In this document: in pieces, positions 9,580 through 19,036 of the stretch | Layout: every line of letters starts with the position of its first letter | Position numbering within the stretch: position 1 is the stretch's first letter | Assembly (NCBI GenBank): GCA_040382935.1 | Contig: JBEIEP010000015.1 | Location: forward strand, 213 to 64,212 | Direction of reading: 5' to 3' | DNA: 64,000 bases | Source: Burkholderiaceae bacterium | Lineage (GTDB): Bacteria > Pseudomonadota > Gammaproteobacteria > Burkholderiales > Burkholderiaceae_C | The notes under the pieces: model-generated | Databases searched by the model: none | What the model saw: only the letters and a program-made list of their open reading frames with translations | What the model was told of the DNA's origin: nothing | Translations under genes and position numbers: made by a program

Positions 9580-10089
9580 AGTGAAACCGTTTTAAACCGT
9601 TAGATAAAGAGAAACTTGCAACGCCCACCTGTAAAGCCCAGCGGGAAACACGCGATTTTAGGTGAGGAACGACTCAGAAAACCAGCCACACGCTAGTACA
9701 CGGACTGTTTAAGCGGCCAAGGCCATTAAATTGCCCGAAACCAAGCCTCACCGCGAAGGCATGCGACGGACTCGCACCATCTTTTTACATATTTTTTCAT
9801 CTATCGAGGGATTTATCTAGAACACCCAAAATCACCGATGGTTGGTGCCTCTTCGGGGCAAGTCGCCCAAACGGCTTGGTACCACAAAAAAAACCGTCTA
9901 GACCCATCAGAAATTGTTAAATATCTATTTAAAACAATAACTTATGAAATATATTTGAATCAACTACTTAGGCTTGATTCAGCTCAAACGGTCAAATTTT
10001 TCTCATATTTACCAGGGTTAACCCGAAATTATTTGGCTCAGTTAGTCAGTTGATATTACTTTTATATATCATTTTAAGTTTTTATAGTG

Positions 10090-10117
10090 TTGACTTGATC
10101 TATATGGACCATAGAAT
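10090..10117 (+). promoter_or_regulatory. Candidate sigma70-type promoter (TTGACT, 16 nt, TAGAAT)
   Basis: Near-consensus hexamers sit inside an AT-rich intergenic core, about 230 nt upstream of the transglycosylase ATG. Confidence 0.35.
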
Positions 10118-10346
10118 CGCCCGGTCGTCTGACACTCTCCATCCGACTGACCCTCCGTTTAAGTGGTATTGATCGCATCTACAGAAAGGAAATCGCGCAT
10201 CACACCGCATCCACCTCACTTTAGGACAGGCTTCATTGCGTTCTAGCCGGACACATTCTGGCAGGCCGCATTGGAAAGACTCTCCTACAACGCAGGCGCT
10301 GGTCGAAACGCTTCGACGGGCCCCTGCTAATAGAAAAGGAAATGCT

Positions 10347-11210
10347 ATGCAGGTTTATACCTACCCTCTACAACGAATCAAGACCTTAGCCACCGACGTG
10401 GCCAACGGTTTTTTCGAGATTCTTCATAACGGCCTGGCACTTCTTGGTGTCGCGGTCGTCGCGCTCATGATCTTGATCGCCAATCGCCCCGATATCCGCC
10501 AAAGCATGCAAGACCGCGTGGTTCAATGGGTTGCATTCCATCACTTGATCCCACAATCGGATTCCCTCACGGGTGGTGCACGCTCCGATGCGAGTGAACG
10601 TGCCACCGCTGCCAATCCCCACGAACTGCCCAAACCACAGGCCGCCGTGGCGTTCTGGTTAAGCAAAAAATACCGCGTCGCACCTGAGCCTATCAGTGCC
10701 TTGGTCAACGAGTCCTATTTGCTAAGCGCCAAGGCCAATATTGAGCCTACGCTCATTTTGGCGGTGATGGCCATTGAGTCAGGATTCAACCCGTTCGCGC
10801 AAAGCCAAATGGGTGCGCAGGGTTTGATGCAGGTGCTAACCCGCGTTCATACGGATAAGTACGAAAACTTTGGTGGAAATTTTGCCGCCTTTGATCCGCT
10901 GACCAACCTCAAAGTGGGGGTCAAAATCCTGCGCGAATGCATTGAAAAAGCAGGTTCCGTAGAGGGCGGTCTGCGTTACTACGTGGGTGCCGCCAATTTG
11001 TTGGACGACGGCGGTTACGCCGATAAAGTGCTTGCAGAGCACGAGCGGCTCAAGTTGGTTGCACAGGGCAAACGCGTAGATCCACAAATGGTGGTGACGC
11101 TAGAGGCTCCCGCCAAGAACGATGCAACCCCTGCCCCCAATTTGGGTGCACTGCCAACCAACCTGCCATCCAAGCCCGGCACAGCCAATTTACTGGCGAT
11201 GGGTTTGTAG
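10347..11210 (+). CDS. Lytic transglycosylase (SLT domain) with N-terminal TM anchor
   Basis: Contains ILAVMAIESGFNPFAQSQMGAQGLMQV (catalytic Glu motif). The ATG at 10347 is preceded by AAGGA. A hydrophobic segment LALLGVAVVALMILIA lies near the N-terminus. Confidence 0.8.
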   Translation: MQVYTYPLQRIKTLATDVANGFFEILHNGLALLGVAVVALMILIANRPDIRQSMQDRVVQWVAFHHLIPQSDSLTGGARSDASERATAANPHELPKPQAAVAFWLSKKYRVAPEPISALVNESYLLSAKANIEPTLILAVMAIESGFNPFAQSQMGAQGLMQVLTRVHTDKYENFGGNFAAFDPLTNLKVGVKILRECIEKAGSVEGGLRYYVGAANLLDDGGYADKVLAEHERLKLVAQGKRVDPQMVVTLEAPAKNDATPAPNLGALPTNLPSKPGTANLLAMGL

Positions 11211-11405
11211 TCTTTTTCGAGGCCAGCCAGATCACCCCATTTCGGAGGCGACCTACCCCATTCTGCGGGCGCAAGCAGGAGTGTGGCGCTGGTCTAATCA
11301 GATAAACTTGCCGGTGCTGGCCTGCGCTTAAAGCTGCGTTGTGGCCCCTTCAAAAACCATCTAACACCTAGGTGCTAGATGGCCAACCATTACCAGGAAC
11401 CCTCT

Positions 11406-12662
11406 ATGTACGACCGTTCACAACTCGTAGAACAAGTAGACCCCCAACTGTGGGCCGCTATCGTTGCCGAAAACCAAAGGCAGGAGCACCACATCGAACT
11501 GATCGCCAGCGAGAACTACGCCTCGCCTGCCGTTATGGCTGCCCAGGGTTCGCAACTGACTAACAAATACGCCGAAGGTTATCCCGGCAAGCGGTATTAC
11601 GGTGGCTGTGAGAACGTCGACATTGCCGAGCAGTTGGCGATAGACCGCGTGCGCCAGTTGTTTGGCGCGGATGCCCACGGCTGGGGTGCCAACGTGCAAG
11701 CCCATTGCGGCGCATCGGCCAATGAAGCGGTGTTCTTGGCTTTCTTGAAGCCAGGCGACACGATTATGGGAATGAGCTTGTCGGAAGGGGGTCACCTGAC
11801 GCATGGCATGGCACTCAATATGAGTGGAAAATGGTTTAACGTAGTCAGCTACGGCCTCGATGCCAACGAGGCCATTGACTACGAAGCGATGGAGCGCAAA
11901 GCCCACGAATCCAAACCTAAACTCATTATTGCGGGTGCTTCTGCCTATTCCCTGCATATTGACTTTGCCCGCTTTGCCAAGGTGGCCAAAGACGTAGGCG
12001 CGATTTTTATGGTGGACATGGCGCATTACGCCGGGCTGATCGCGGCAGGTGTCTACCCCAACCCCATTCCCCACGCCGATGTGGTCACCTCTACCACGCA
12101 CAAAAGCCTTCGTGGCCCCCGTGGCGGCATCATTTTGATGCGCCCCGAGCACGAAAAAGCCATTAACAGCGCCATATTCCCAGGCCTTCAAGGCGGGCCG
12201 CTGATGCATGTGATCGCGGCCAAGGCCGTGGCCTTTAAAGAGGCCCTGTCGCCCTCATTCAAAACCTATCAACAACAGGTGGTGACAAACGCCGCCATCG
12301 TGGCCCAAACCTTGACCGAGCGCGGATTGCGCATCGTTAGCGGTGGAACCCAAAGCCACGTGATGTTGGTCGACTTGCGTTCCAAAGGCATTACCGGCAA
12401 AGTGGCCGAAGCCGTTTTGGGCGACGCCCACATCACCACAAACAAAAATGGCATCCCCAACGACCCTGAAAAGCCAATGGTCACCAGCGGCATACGCGTG
12501 GGCACCCCTGCCATGACCACCCGCGGTTTCAAAGACGAAGAGGCCCGCCTTACCGCCCATTTGGTGGCCGACGTACTAGACAACCCGCACGACCCCGCCT
12601 GCATCGCCACCGTGCGCGCCAAGGTTAACGAGCTAACCGCCCGTTTCCCGGTGTACCGCTGA
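11406..12662 (+). CDS. glyA: Serine hydroxymethyltransferase
   Basis: Contains [39 protein letters not shown] and [14 protein letters not shown] (PLP lysine). An alternative start is at 11379. Confidence 0.95.
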   Translation: MYDRSQLVEQVDPQLWAAIVAENQRQEHHIELIASENYASPAVMAAQGSQLTNKYAEGYPGKRYYGGCENVDIAEQLAIDRVRQLFGADAHGWGANVQAHCGASANEAVFLAFLKPGDTIMGMSLSEGGHLTHGMALNMSGKWFNVVSYGLDANEAIDYEAMERKAHESKPKLIIAGASAYSLHIDFARFAKVAKDVGAIFMVDMAHYAGLIAAGVYPNPIPHADVVTSTTHKSLRGPRGGIILMRPEHEKAINSAIFPGLQGGPLMHVIAAKAVAFKEALSPSFKTYQQQVVTNAAIVAQTLTERGLRIVSGGTQSHVMLVDLRSKGITGKVAEAVLGDAHITTNKNGIPNDPEKPMVTSGIRVGTPAMTTRGFKDEEARLTAHLVADVLDNPHDPACIATVRAKVNELTARFPVYR

Positions 12663-12702
12663 GCCCGAACCGTTTGTTTGACCCGTCACACCGCCGCCCC
12701 CT

Positions 12703-13152
12703 ATGAAATGCCCGTTTTGCAGCCACACCGAAACGCAGGTGGTGGAAACACGGATTTCTGAAGAGGGCGACTTCGTGCGCCGTAGGCGGCAATGCCAAGC
12801 CTGTGACAAGCGGTTTACCACCTACGAGCGTGCCGAGGTCAACTTCCCGGTGGTGGTCAAAAAAGACGGGCGTCGCCTGGAATACTCCAGCGCCAAAGTG
12901 AAGGCGTCGATTTCTTTGGCGCTGCGCAAACGCCCCGTCAGCGTCGATCAAATCGACGCCGCCATGGCCCGTATTGAAGAAAAACTGCTGGCCTTAGGGC
13001 AAAAAGAAATCGCCTCCACCAAAATTGGCGAGCTTGTGATGCGTGAACTGCGTCGCATCGACAAAGTGGCCTACATCCGATTCGCCAGCGTTTACCGCAG
13101 CTTTGAGGACGTAGAAGAATTTACCCTGCTCGTAGACCAGGTAAAGAAATAG
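12703..13152 (+). CDS. nrdR: Transcriptional repressor NrdR
   Basis: [17 protein letters not shown]...[12 protein letters not shown] zinc ribbon followed by an ATP-cone. Confidence 0.95.
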   Translation: MKCPFCSHTETQVVETRISEEGDFVRRRRQCQACDKRFTTYERAEVNFPVVVKKDGRRLEYSSAKVKASISLALRKRPVSVDQIDAAMARIEEKLLALGQKEIASTKIGELVMRELRRIDKVAYIRFASVYRSFEDVEEFTLLVDQVKK

Positions 13153-13153
13153 C

Positions 13154-14308
13154 GTGAGCCCTTCACACCCTTCGCCCCGTTCACACCCTGCCCCGTCCCT
13201 GCTGATGCAACGGGCTTTGGAGCTGGCCGAGTCAGTCATGAATTGGACCACCCCCAACCCGCACGTGGGCTGTGTGCTGTGCGACGCGAGTGGCCAAATC
13301 ATTGGTGAAGGGGCCACCCAACCGCCAGGCGGCGCCCACGCCGAGGTCATGGCTCTGCGCGATGCGCACAGCAAAGGGCACTCTACCCAGGGTGCTACAG
13401 CCTATGTCACCCTTGAGCCCTGCTCCCACCAAGGGCGCACGGGGCCCTGTTGCGAGGCCTTGGTTCAGGCCGGTGTTTCTACGGTGCATGCCGCCGTTGC
13501 CGACCCCAACCCACTGGTAGCAGGCGCCGGATTGCGCCATTTGCAAGCCCACGGGGTGCAGGTCACCCTGGGTGATGGCCTTGCACAAGCACAAGCGCTC
13601 AATATGGGTTTTTTTAGCCGCATGATTCGTCAACGGCCTTGGGTTCGCCTCAAAATTGCCGCCTCGCTGGACGGACTCACCGCCCTGAACAATGGGCGCA
13701 GCCAATGGATTACCGGCGAAGCCGCCCGCCAAGACGGCCACCAGTGGCGCGCCCGAGCCTGTGCCGTACTGACCGGTGTAGGCACCGTATTGCAAGACGA
13801 CCCGCGCCTAGATGTGCGCTTGGTGCCTGCGCAACGCCAGCCCAGCGCCGTGCTGGTAGACAGCCGCCTAGACGCACCCGTGCAATCCCAGTGGTTCCAA
13901 ATCAATCGCGATCGCCTGGTGTACTGCGGACAAGCCACCCCCGACCGCATGGAAGCGATACGCACCGTGCCCTGCACCCTTACATCCTTGCCCGATGGGC
14001 AGGGCAAAGTCGATTTGCTCCGTCTGCTGCACGATCTGGGGGCAAAGCAAATCAACGAGCTACACGTAGAAGCCGGCGCCAAGCTAAACGGGTCATTGTT
14101 AAAAGCTGGATTGGTGGACGAGTTATTGGTCTATCTGGCCCCAAAGATGTTGGGAAGCGGCCAGGGTATGAGCAACCTAGGTCCGTTTGAACAGTTGCAA
14201 CAGGGCTTGCCCTTGCAGTTTATTGAGTCCACCCTGGTGGGCGACGACCTGCGCTTGCGCGCTTATGTACAGGGTGCTGCCGATTTCTTGCCCAAAGCCA
14301 CTGGTTAA
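13154..14308 (+). CDS. ribD: Bifunctional riboflavin biosynthesis deaminase/reductase RibD
   Basis: Contains HAEVMALR...TLEPCSHQGRTGPC, followed by a reductase domain. The GTG at 13154 lies 1 nt after the nrdR stop. An alternative ATG is at 13205. Confidence 0.9.
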   Translation: MSPSHPSPRSHPAPSLLMQRALELAESVMNWTTPNPHVGCVLCDASGQIIGEGATQPPGGAHAEVMALRDAHSKGHSTQGATAYVTLEPCSHQGRTGPCCEALVQAGVSTVHAAVADPNPLVAGAGLRHLQAHGVQVTLGDGLAQAQALNMGFFSRMIRQRPWVRLKIAASLDGLTALNNGRSQWITGEAARQDGHQWRARACAVLTGVGTVLQDDPRLDVRLVPAQRQPSAVLVDSRLDAPVQSQWFQINRDRLVYCGQATPDRMEAIRTVPCTLTSLPDGQGKVDLLRLLHDLGAKQINELHVEAGAKLNGSLLKAGLVDELLVYLAPKMLGSGQGMSNLGPFEQLQQGLPLQFIESTLVGDDLRLRAYVQGAADFLPKATG

Positions 14309-14343
14309 AGCCCCACTTGCTAAATTTTCAGGAGTAAGACCCT

Positions 14344-15003
14344 ATGTTTACAGGCATTGTTTCGGCCACCGGCCATATCGTCGCCCATGTGCACTTGTCA
14401 ACGCAGACCACCCTCGCCGCCGCTGATTCTTCTGGCCACGGACTGAGCGTCACCGTACAAACCCCCGCCGGTTACCTGGCGGATGTGGGTTTGGGTGACA
14501 GCATCGCCGTCAACGGTGCCTGCATGACCGTTACCTGTATTGACCTTGCCCTGCACCGGTTTGACGTAGACGTATCGCGCGAGAGCCTAAACAAAACCTG
14601 TGGCTTGGATCAATTAGGCCTGGTCAACCTCGAAAAAGCCCTGCGCGCCAACGACCGTCTGGGCGGCCACCTGGTCAGCGGCCATGTGGACGGCATTGGG
14701 AAGGTGGCACAGTTCCAGCCTCTGGGAGAAAGCTGGCATCTGGAAGTCCTGTGCCCACCCGAATTGGCCCGGTTCATGGCTTACAAAGGCTCTATCACTG
14801 TAAATGGTGTGAGCCTGACGGTTAACCAAATTAAAGACCAGGCCGATGGCTGCCTGGTCAGCATCAATCTGATCCCCCACACCGTTGAAAACACGGCATT
14901 GAGAGTCTTGATCCCTGGCGCATCGGTGAATTTGGAGATCGATTTAATTGCACGGTATGTGGAGAGGATGTTGGGTGTAGCGTCCACAATTCCAAACCAA
15001 TGA
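14344..15003 (+). CDS. ribE: Riboflavin synthase alpha chain
   Basis: Starts MFTGIV and has duplicated lumazine-binding repeats (SIAVNGACMTV and SITVNGVSLTV). Confidence 0.9.
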   Translation: MFTGIVSATGHIVAHVHLSTQTTLAAADSSGHGLSVTVQTPAGYLADVGLGDSIAVNGACMTVTCIDLALHRFDVDVSRESLNKTCGLDQLGLVNLEKALRANDRLGGHLVSGHVDGIGKVAQFQPLGESWHLEVLCPPELARFMAYKGSITVNGVSLTVNQIKDQADGCLVSINLIPHTVENTALRVLIPGASVNLEIDLIARYVERMLGVASTIPNQ

Positions 15004-15012
15004 GCCGATAGT

Positions 15013-15035
15013 GAGGGGGCAATCCCCCTCCTTTC
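15013..15035 (+). terminator. GC-rich hairpin between convergent ribE and the SDR gene
   Basis: gaggggg-caat-ccccctc forms a perfect 7-bp stem, followed by cTTTc. The T-tract is short. Confidence 0.4.
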
Positions 15036-15043
15036 GCGTTGAC

Positions 15044-15931
15044 CTATCCCGTAAAGGCGGCCTTGTTGGCTTGAAGCCACTGTGCAAACGGCAACGGTGC
15101 TTTGCCGGTTAACTTCTGGAAATCACCTGTCAATTGTGCCACCCGGCCCGCCGCTGTATTGGTGTCAAAAGACGCGAACACGGCGGCCAAAGGTGGTGGC
15201 AAACCTGCGGCCACCATGCCCTGAACCAAGCCCTCTACCGGCACATGCACCACCTCTAAGGCTTTGCCCGTTACCTCGCGTATGGCAGCGGCAATTTCTT
15301 CGGTGGTAAAGGCCTCTGCACCGCTTAAGGTGTAAGTGTTTTTGCCTTCGTCCTTCAACAAAGCGGTCGCAGCGGCCAGCGCCAGGTCATCGCGGGCAAT
15401 ATGGGCCACCCGGCCCTGTTCGGCCGCCGAATACCATTTGCCCGTACTGAGCGCTTGGGGAACCGACATCCACAGGTTTTCAAAATACCAATGGTTGCGC
15501 AAAATAGTCCACCCCGGCAAGGCGCTGGCCACAATCGCCTTTTCTGTTTCGGCATGGTCGGGTGCCAACAGCAGTGGCGAATCATTGGGTAAGGGCATAG
15601 AGGTGTATGCCAGATGCTGCACCCCGGCCTTGGTGGCCGCGGCCAAGGCATTTTGGTGCTGGGTTAGACGGCGCAAGGGCCGGTCCAGCGCATCGGTGCT
15701 AATCAATAGCACCCGTTGCGCGCCTTCAAAGGCACGGGCCAAAGACGATAAATCCTCAAAATCTGCCGTTCGTACCGTAACACCCTGCGCCGCCAAGTCT
15801 TGCAAGCGGTCGGAATTCCGGCTGGTGGCGATGATGCGTGCCGGCGCAACCCCCAAGGTGTGCAAAAGATGGTGAATGACGCGTTGGCCCAGGTTTCCTG
15901 ATGCGCCGGTGACAAGTAATTTTGATTCCAT
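15044..15931 (-). CDS. NmrA-like/atypical SDR NAD(P)H-binding oxidoreductase
   Basis: Starts MESKLLVTGASGNLGQRVIHHLL (Rossmann motif). It is divergent from an HxlR regulator, a common pairing. Confidence 0.8.
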   Translation of the reverse strand: MESKLLVTGASGNLGQRVIHHLLHTLGVAPARIIATSRNSDRLQDLAAQGVTVRTADFEDLSSLARAFEGAQRVLLISTDALDRPLRRLTQHQNALAAATKAGVQHLAYTSMPLPNDSPLLLAPDHAETEKAIVASALPGWTILRNHWYFENLWMSVPQALSTGKWYSAAEQGRVAHIARDDLALAAATALLKDEGKNTYTLSGAEAFTTEEIAAAIREVTGKALEVVHVPVEGLVQGMVAAGLPPPLAAVFASFDTNTAAGRVAQLTGDFQKLTGKAPLPFAQWLQANKAAFTG

Positions 15932-16134
15932 AGTCGTGTCCTTGAAAAAGTAAAGGTGAGAAAAACGCAAGTGCACTGTTTGGATTAAAGTATTAAAAAT
16001 ATACTAATATCCGTTTAGTTAGTTGCTATTAGAATAATAGGCATGCAATTTTCAATTGCAAGAAGGGTTTTTAAAGTCACTTGGTTACATCCAAGTAACC
16101 CCTACACAGGCCGGTTGCGTCCAAAGGAGAACCC

Positions 16135-16521
16135 ATGTCAGTTCATAAATCGAAGGTTGAATGGGCCGAGCGTTGCCCTGTTCGTGACGTGCTGGAGCGC
16201 ATGGGCGACCGTTGGAGCATGTTGGTGCTGCTCATGTTGCGTGACCACACCACCATGCGATTCAGTGTTTTGAAAAACACGATTGGCGACATCTCGCAAC
16301 GCATGCTTTCACAAACACTGCGCCGTTTAGAACAAGACGGCCTGATACTGCGCGTTGCCCATCCCACCGTACCGCCTAGGGTGGACTACTCCTTAACCGA
16401 GCTTGGCAGGTCGTTTATGCAACCCATGGGCCACCTGCTGGCTTGGGCCGACCAAAACCACCAGCAGGTGCGAGATGCCCGCTTGGCCTACGTGCCACCG
16501 CCCAAGCATGAGGCTTTGTAG
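16135..16521 (+). CDS. HxlR-family transcriptional regulator
   Basis: Contains CPVRDVLERMGDRWSMLVLLML...LSQTLRRLEQDGLILR. Confidence 0.85.
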   Translation: MSVHKSKVEWAERCPVRDVLERMGDRWSMLVLLMLRDHTTMRFSVLKNTIGDISQRMLSQTLRRLEQDGLILRVAHPTVPPRVDYSLTELGRSFMQPMGHLLAWADQNHQQVRDARLAYVPPPKHEAL

Positions 16522-16637
16522 GCCGTAGCAACGATACCCAAAGTCTTAATCATGCTTGGGTTCGAGTGGCTCGTTATTAAAAAAACCTGTTATTAATCAA
16601 TTAGTTAAGAAAATAGTATACATTTTTAAATTTACAT

Positions 16638-16686
16638 ACAGTTAGTCTGTTTGTAAATGTATAAATAAAACAAACTGACTGTTTGT
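16638..16686. promoter_or_regulatory. Two related inverted-repeat motifs upstream of the TetR gene (candidate operator)
   Basis: acagttagtctgtttgt (16638-16654) and acaaactgactgtttgt (16670-16686, arms ACAAAC/GTTTGT) lie in an AT-rich spacer that ends 13 nt before the ATG. Confidence 0.3.
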
Positions 16687-16698
16687 TAAAATGATTGA

Positions 16699-17292
16699 AT
16701 GGCAACCAATCATGAACGCTCCACCAAAACACGGCAAAGCCTAATTGCAGAGGCTAGGCAACTGTTTGCCAAGCAGGGTTATGCCGCCACCGGTACAGAA
16801 AGCATCTTGAAGGCCACCGGCATGAAACGTGGCGCGCTGTACCACCACTTTGCCGATAAATCAGTCCTGTTTGAAGCCGTCTACCGCCAGATATACCAAG
16901 AGGCCACCCAGGCCATTGAACTGGCGTTGCCCAAGGAACGCCAACTCTTTGCAGACCAAGACGTGGTGCACGCCTCAATGGCTTGGTTGCGCTTTGTGTC
17001 TAAGCCAGAAATCCGCCAAATCATGCTAATCGACGCCCCCGCTGCCCTGGGGTCCGCCCGTTGGCTGGCCTTAGAAAAGGAACTGGGCGCCGCGTCATTG
17101 CATAAAAGTATAGAAGCCGCTGCCGCGACCGGAATGCTTCAACCCGGTTGTAGTGCAGAGCAACTCACCAACTTGGTAAAAGGCGCACTCAGCGCTTTGG
17201 CTCTAAGCGCGGGTTTAACGCAGGATGACACCTTTGAGGCGCAGCACCAGGAAGCGGTAGAGGCGCTTTGGCGGGGGTTTTTGCGGGCGTAG
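16699..17292 (+). CDS. TetR-family transcriptional regulator
   Basis: Contains TRQSLIAEARQLFAKQGYAATGTESILKATGMKRGALYHHF (TetR HTH). Confidence 0.85.
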   Translation: MATNHERSTKTRQSLIAEARQLFAKQGYAATGTESILKATGMKRGALYHHFADKSVLFEAVYRQIYQEATQAIELALPKERQLFADQDVVHASMAWLRFVSKPEIRQIMLIDAPAALGSARWLALEKELGAASLHKSIEAAAATGMLQPGCSAEQLTNLVKGALSALALSAGLTQDDTFEAQHQEAVEALWRGFLRA

Positions 17293-17529
17293 GTCGCAGG
17301 ATATGAAGCCAAACTACGAGCATCAACCAAAGAAAACCAAACTCATTGGGGTAGTTCGTCACCCGCTGTAGGTGGGCGATTTTTAACCTTCAACAAAAGC
17401 TTTGCCAGATCACCTTTGCTAGATTGGCCTGCCCGCTGTAAAAAAAAGTCGGCTGTTTGCAATGCAGAAACCTTCTCGGCAACCGCCACGGCAACGACCA
17501 ATACGTCGCGCGCCATGCCCGGACAGCCG

Positions 17530-17844
17530 TCACGCCAACTCGGCAAAGTTGTTGATCTTCACAGTACCATCTGGAAATTTTGCCACCACCTCCAGTTCAC
17601 CACCCATCGCCTCAATGTGGCTGCGCAACGAGGAAATGTACATATCCGTGCGCCGCTCCAACTTGGCGACTGAGGGTTGCTGCACGTGCAAGGCTTCTGC
17701 CAACATTTTTTGAGAAAGCCCGCGGGCACGGCGCAGCTCATGCAGAGGCATTTCAGCTAACATGGCTTTGGTCTGTTGGTCGGATTGAACACGCGCCTGA
17801 GGCGTCATCGCATTGCGCAATTCAGAAAACTTCTTGGCCATCAC
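17530..17844 (-). CDS. XRE-family HTH antitoxin (HigA-like)
   Basis: Contains LRRARGLSQKMLAEALHVQQPSVAKLE. It overlaps the upstream toxin gene by 4 nt. Confidence 0.75.
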   Translation of the reverse strand: MMAKKFSELRNAMTPQARVQSDQQTKAMLAEMPLHELRRARGLSQKMLAEALHVQQPSVAKLERRTDMYISSLRSHIEAMGGELEVVAKFPDGTVKINNFAELA

Positions 17845-18206
17845 TCTTCTCCTTCACGCTTCAATTGAACAAGATGCTCGTCGTACAGTCGATCTGCAAG
17901 TGGCACATTCACGTCGTACCAACGACCATCGCCCGTTTTGTCGCCGCCTATCAGCAAGATTGCCATTCGACGCGGGTCAAAGGCATAGAGCGTTCGCAGC
18001 GGCCTTCCTGCGTGCTGCGTGCGCAGTTCACGCATATGCCCATGGCGTGATCCGTTGATTCCGCTGCTGTGCGGATGCCCTAAATTCGGGCCTCGGGCTT
18101 CAAGCAAACCAACAGACGCGGCCACCGAGACCTGCTCGGCGTTGGTGAGCGAAACCCACCAATCTCCAAATTCGTCTGTGTACTCAACGTCCCAAGCCAT
18201 GGTCAA
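17841..18206 (-). CDS. RelE/ParE-superfamily toxin, HigB/Gp49-like
   Basis: Contains WDVEYTDEFGDWW...MRELRTQHAGRPLRTLYAFDPRRMAILLIGGDKTG. The toxin-first gene order is typical of higBA. Confidence 0.75.
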   Translation of the reverse strand: MTMAWDVEYTDEFGDWWVSLTNAEQVSVAASVGLLEARGPNLGHPHSSGINGSRHGHMRELRTQHAGRPLRTLYAFDPRRMAILLIGGDKTGDGRWYDVNVPLADRLYDEHLVQLKREGEE

Positions 18207-18346
18207 AATATAGCTCGGAAAGAATATTTCGTCAAGAGAATACCAATCTCACTCCAAACTCGCCTGGTTAGCGGTGTTCACAATCCAAAACGCGGCACTA
18301 CTTTGAAGTGGGCCGCAATTGATTCGAGTCTGACTAACCACACCTC

Positions 18347-18598
18347 TCAACCCAGCAACCCCTCCAACTTGTCAAAACTTCCCGTCCACCCACCCGTCAT
18401 ACTGGTGCGTTGATTGACAAATTCTGCAAGGTCGTCCGGCGTGGCGTCTATGGGCTCCCAGCGAATGGTGATGCGCGTGGCCTGCTCTCCTTCGCTGGCC
18501 AGTTCTACTGTGGTTTGCATTAGCAAAGGCCAATGCTTGAAGAACGGTGGGTGTAGACAAGGCGACAGCCCCTGCCTAACGGCGCCGTCGCTATGCAC
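18347..18598 (-). pseudogene. C-terminal fragment of an SRPBCC/AHSA1-family protein
   Basis: Only the last roughly 55 aa (TTVELASEGEQATRITIRWEPIDATPDDLAEFVNQRTSMTGGWTGSFDKLEGLL) resemble the family. The upstream part of the ORF does not. Confidence 0.45.
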
Positions 18599-18684
18599 TA
18601 AGGGAGGCCGGGCTGATTCGAAGCTGCGCCTCCAAGCGAAGAAGCGCAGTTCTTAACTATCGACTGGTTTGAGAGGACAGAAAA

Positions 18685-19029
18685 CTATGCAAGCACCTCT
18701 AACCCATGCTTTTGCACAACTGAAAGCAACTTGAGCGCCGTTCCGCTGGGGCGCTTGGCACCCGCCTCCCACTTTTGTACGGTGGATTCGGTGGTGTTGA
18801 GATATCGAGCGAAGATGGGTTGGCTAACGTGATTTTGCTCGCGCAAGCGCTTAATGGCTTTTGGCTCAAACACATCGGGCACGGATAAACATGCGTCATC
18901 GAATTCACGCAATGTTGTCTTGCTGATCGCGCCGACCTTGTGCAAGGCTTTGGTTGATTGGTGAATGGATGCGAAAGCGTCGGACTTGAACTTAGGCTTG
19001 GTACGGTTTATGGAGGGCAGGTCACTCAC
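18685..19029 (-). CDS. HTH antitoxin-like protein (COG2944/HigA-2-like), with no adjacent toxin
   Basis: Contains IKRLREQNHVSQPIFARYLNTTESTVQKWEAGAKRPSGTALKLLSVVQKHG. It belongs to the same family as the 30950-31276 gene. Confidence 0.7.
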   Translation of the reverse strand: MSDLPSINRTKPKFKSDAFASIHQSTKALHKVGAISKTTLREFDDACLSVPDVFEPKAIKRLREQNHVSQPIFARYLNTTESTVQKWEAGAKRPSGTALKLLSVVQKHGLEVLA

Positions 19030-19036
19030 AATCCGA

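Noticed and set aside
9838-10053. 71-aa ORF in the AT-rich intergenic core
   Set aside because: It has no SD and its composition is simply that of AT-rich DNA (Leu/Tyr/Lys/Ile). It has no recognisable family and lies on top of the promoter-like region. I treat it as non-coding.
11211-11405. Possible riboswitch or leader upstream of glyA (ZTP/pfl, THF or glycine types considered)
   Set aside because: I could not find the conserved cores by eye, for example the GGGUCGUGACUGGCG…CCGCCUGGGC-type elements of ZTP. An Infernal scan would be needed to be certain.
17343-17546. 67-aa minus-strand ORF downstream of the XRE antitoxin
   Set aside because: It overlaps the end of the HTH gene by 17 nt and has no SD. 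It shows only a vague resemblance to antitoxin C-termini (…GDLAKLLLKVKNRPPTAGDEL). The support is insufficient.
18321-18330. T-loop-like gattcgagtc that might mark a tRNA or tRNA fragment (att site)
   Set aside because: No acceptor, D or anticodon stems can be drawn from the flanking sequence. A similar ggttcgagtgg near 16549-16559 also lacks a cloverleaf.
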